Source: Macrostomum lignano
Taxonomy: Eukaryota
NCBI GenBank assembly: GCA_002269645.1
Contig: NIVC01002087.1
Span: forward strand, 62,001 to 126,000
Length of the DNA: 64,000 bases
Direction of reading: 5' to 3'
Below the pieces are notes generated by a model. The model had not been told where the DNA came from and ran no database searches. It saw only the letters and a program-made list of their open reading frames with translations. Both the position numbers and the translations under genes were made by a program. Shown piece by piece: positions 60,801-64,000 of this stretch. Within the stretch, counting starts at the first letter, position 1; every line of letters begins with the position of its first letter.

Positions 60801-63560
60801 TCCCCATCCAGCAATTTTCTCACCTGGCTGATGGAAATCTGGCGCGTATTCTTTGGCCAGCTTCCTCGCCATCTCCGCATCTTGGCGAGCCTTCTCAGCC
60901 GCTGTGCAAGCTAAATCTGCTTTCTGACGGCTTGCCTGCTGCCTGCAGAGGTGAGGTGGAGAGACCAGCTCAGGTCATCGCACTCCATCTGGTCATACAC
61001 TCACCTGGTCATCGCACTCCATCTGGTCATACACTCACCTGGTCATCGCACTCTATCTAGTCATACACTCACCTGGTCATCGCACTCTATCTGGTCATCC
61101 ACTCACCTGGTCATCGCACTCCATCTGGTCATACACACCAGGTCATCGCACTCTATCTAGTCATACACTCACCTGGTCATCGCACTCTATCTAGTCATAC
61201 ACTCACCTGGTCATCGCACTCTACCTGGTCATACACTCACCTGGTCATCGCACTCTACCTGGTCATGCACTTACCTGGTCATCGCACTCCATCTGGTCAT
61301 ACACTCACCTGATCATGGCATTCTCGGCCTTCTTCACCGCTTCCGCCCGAGCATTTCTCGCTTCCCTAACCGCCGTCTCGACCCGTTCTCGAAGCCTCGA
61401 ACTCTTTATTAGGAACAACTTGCTTCGTTTGGCTGTATTGGCAACCAGCAGGTTCTGTTTGTACTTTCCGGACTCAACGGAGCCGTCAGGGAAAGTGGTC
61501 GCCCCGTAGCCGTGCTTCTTGTTGCCGTCCCATTCGCCTTCGTATTTGAGGCCGTCGCTTCTTTCGGCAACTCCTAAACCGGCGCGTTTGTCCTGCTTCC
61601 AGTCACCTGCGAACATTTTCAGTTAGCTTCCGGTTATTTTGGTGAACTAGCTTCCGGTTATTTTGGTGAACTAGCTTCCGGTTATTTTGGTGAACTAGCT
61701 TCCGGTTGTTTTAGTGAATTAGCTTCCGGTTTTTTTAGTGAATTAGCTTCCGGTTTTTTTAGTGAATTAGCTTACGGTTATTTTGGTGAACTAGCTTCCG
61801 GTTATTTTAGTGAATTTGCTTTTGGTTACTTTGGTGAAAGTAGCTTCCGGTTATTTTGGTGAACTAGCTTCCGGTTATTTTGGTGAACTAGCTTCCGGTT
61901 ATTTTGGTGAACTAGCTTCCAACTAGGTTCTAGGTTCTAGGTCCTAGCTTCTAACTAGGTTATTTTAGTGTTGATTAAATCTCCAAACAAACCGAAATAA
62001 GCTTCTGTAGTTGCCGGGTCGACAATTTCTTCGAAATAGTCGGCCGCCGCAAGCGACGAATGGTCGGTGGCCACGCTGCTCTGCATGCTGTAGGCCGACC
62101 TCATCGACCCGGCATAACGGCCTGGCGACCTGCGCTGATCGGAAACGTCCCCGGCTGACCTCTGGCGTCGGAGCTTGTTCATCAGTGTCCTTGTCAAGCT
62201 CCGTTTGCCCGAGGCCGTCGCAGCCGTCGACCCAGCCGCTCCGGAAGTTGTCCCGGCGTCGATTACGCGGCCTCGTAGGACAAATCCGCCTCGGGATTCG
62301 TCGAGACGTCGAGCGGCCGCAGCGGCGGCGGCGGCGGCCGAATCGGCGCCAATCGCTGCCCCGGTGCTGCCGCCGGCACCACCGCCGGTGCCGTCCTCGT
62401 CCTGGGAGCGCAGGGATGTCAGCGATTCGCGCAGCCGCCGTTCGTCCTTGTAGTGAGCGGCCAAGCCGTAGGAGACCGACTGCCGGATGCCCAGGCCGTG
62501 CCGGGTGCCGTGAAACCAGCAGCCGGAGTAAGTGCCTGAGCGGTGAGGAGACAGTAGGTCACATGGAGAGTCAGTAGGTCACATGGAGAGTCAGTAGGTC
62601 ACATGGAGAGTCAGTAGGTCACATGCGAAAGTCAGTAGGTCACATGGAGAGTCAGTAGGTCACATGGAGGGTCAGTAGGTCACATGGAGAGTCAGTAGGT
62701 CACATGCGAGAGTCAGTAGGTCACATGTGAGAGTCAGTAGGTCACATGGAGAGTCAGTAGTACACATGTGAGAGTCAGTAGGTCACATGTGAAAGTCAGT
62801 AGGTCACATGTGAGAGTCAGTATGTCACATGTGAGAGTCAGTAGGTCACATGTGAAAGTCAGTAGGTCACATGTGAGAGTCTGTAGGTCACATGCGAGAG
62901 TCAGTAGGTCACATAGGTCTCATGGAGAGTGAGTGGATCAAGGATGGAGAGTCAGCAGATTCACATGTAGAGAGTCAGCAGATTCACATCGAGAGTGAGC
63001 AGATTCACATGTAGAGAGTGAGCAGATTCACATGTAGAGAGTCAGCAGATTCACATGTAGAGAGTCAGCAGATTCACATCGAGAGTGAGCAGATTCACAT
63101 GTAGAGAGTGAGCAGATTCACATGTAGAGAGTCAGCAGATTCACATGTAGAGAGTCAGCAGATTCACATGCAGAGTCAGCAGCGCCACTCACTGCCATCC
63201 GAGTAGGTCTCCACTCCGGCTCCGTCCTGCATCCCCAGTTGCCAGGTGCCCTCGTACCTGGCGCCGCTCGCCTCACTCTCCCTGACGCCGTAGCGGCCCT
63301 TGAAGCCGGTCATCCACTCGCCCCTGTACACCCAGCGGCCTTTCACCTCCACGCCGACTCCGTGCCGCTTGCCGTGTCGCCATTCGCCTTCGTAGGTATT
63401 GCCGCTCGGCCAGATGTACACACCGGAGGCCTCGAAGCCGTCCTCCCAGTAGCCAGCGAACTCTCCTTGACCGCGCGGCCCCGTGACCAGGCCCAAGCCG
63501 TGAGCCTTGCCTTCGCTCCAGCCGCCCACGTAGGCCCCGCCGTCCTTGTAGAGATCGAAT
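54855..63560 (-). CDS. JPH: Junctophilin (MORN repeats, C-terminal TM anchor); multi-exon, 5' end garbled
   Basis: [83 protein letters not shown]; last exon 54959-54855 reads [27 protein letters not shown]. Confidence 0.93.
55143..55623. repeat. 18-bp intronic minisatellite
   Basis: (GGGTGTACAGCTCACACA)n. Confidence 0.95.
56500..56594. repeat. Short foldback (~35-bp arms)
   Basis: AATCAGCGGTC-GCAGCACGTGACAACGATTTGTCT ... AGACAATCGTTGTCACGCACTGGGACCGCTGATT. Confidence 0.8.
57965..58495. repeat. 20/21-bp intronic minisatellite
   Basis: (CCCGACATTGGCGCCCGAAT)n variants. Confidence 0.93.
58905..59535. repeat. 20-bp intronic minisatellite
   Basis: (GAGTCAGTGAGGGTCAGGTT)n. Confidence 0.95.
60205..60752. 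repeat. 10-bp intronic minisatellite
   Basis: (GGGTCAGGTT)n variants. Confidence 0.93.
60968..61310. repeat. 34-bp intronic minisatellite containing donor sites
   Basis: (CACCTGGTCATCGCACTCTATCTAGTCATACACT)n; the sense strand carries CAG|GTGAGT in most units. Confidence 0.95.
61622..61925. repeat. 24-bp intronic minisatellite
   Basis: (TAGCTTCCGGTTATTTTGGTGAAC)n. Confidence 0.95.
62552..63180. repeat. Two related 20-23-bp intronic minisatellites
   Basis: (GAGAGTCAGTAGGTCACATG)n followed by (AGAGAGTCAGCAGATTCACATGT)n. Confidence 0.93.
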
Positions 63561-64000
63561 TATATATGAGTGAGAATATCAATGAAAACTGCCGATTATC
63601 GATTTTGTTGGGCTGCGCCCTTCTAGTTTACTAGTGCACCTTGCCCTTCAGTTGCCCTTGTTTTTTTTGCTTTCTTGCCACCGCACCGTCCCGTCCCCCG
63701 TCTGGGCTCCGGGCCAGGGTTTGTGAGAGGCGTAGGCCTCAACCCTGGCCTAGCCTTTTCTGCACCCACCCAGCCCCCTGTCCAATCTGGGTGCTTGCCC
63801 TACCCCCCTCCCTCTTTGCCCCGCCTCACCCTGGGGCTGCTCGCATTGGCTGGCAGGCTGATAAGCCGCCTGGGCCCCAGGGTTTGGCTCGCCCCTCTCC
63901 TTTCCACCCCACCCCTCCCCCCTTTTGTGCGGTCTTATTTAGGGCCCCGCCCTGGGCGTTCTTTTGGTGTCATCTGCATTCTGCTCATTGCGCGCCTGCA

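Noticed and set aside
31250-63180. Regular arrays as CRISPR-like loci
   Set aside because: Units are contiguous with no unique spacers, there are no cas genes, and the context is eukaryotic introns.
59583-63634. Extra ORFs overlapping junctophilin exons
   Set aside because: GC-rich exons leave other frames open; only one frame carries junctophilin motifs and in-phase splice sites.
63545-64000. Aberrant junctophilin N-terminus (FDLYKDGG in place of FDFDDGG, no clear ATG)
   Set aside because: The sequence becomes noisy and low in complexity here. It is most likely low-quality sequence rather than biology.

Overview
Eukaryotic (animal) genomic DNA with GC-rich exons and introns filled by minisatellites. 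An invertebrate, possibly a free-living flatworm, is an inference. Host genes: two tandem intronless CK1/TTBK-like probable pseudokinases (+), a 2-exon innexin (-), a multi-exon TRPA1-like channel (-) and a junctophilin (-). The dominant accessory feature is a full-length 15.5-kb Polinton/Maverick (adintovirus-like endogenous virus) at 13034-28545, bounded by 5'-AGTAG TIRs and a perfect 6-bp TSD (AGGGTC). It encodes pPolB, integrase, adenain protease, packaging ATPase, major and minor capsid proteins, a parvovirus-type PLA2 and several accessory proteins. All six internal ORF breaks are single-base indels, and its TIRs carry a diverged paralogous small-gene pair. Also present: a four-intron Helitron Rep pseudogene, several MITE/foldback elements (one a 41-bp hAT-type insert with an 8-bp TSD), SINE-like repeats and many satellites, some built from splice signals. 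Family assignments come from motif recognition only; no database search was run.
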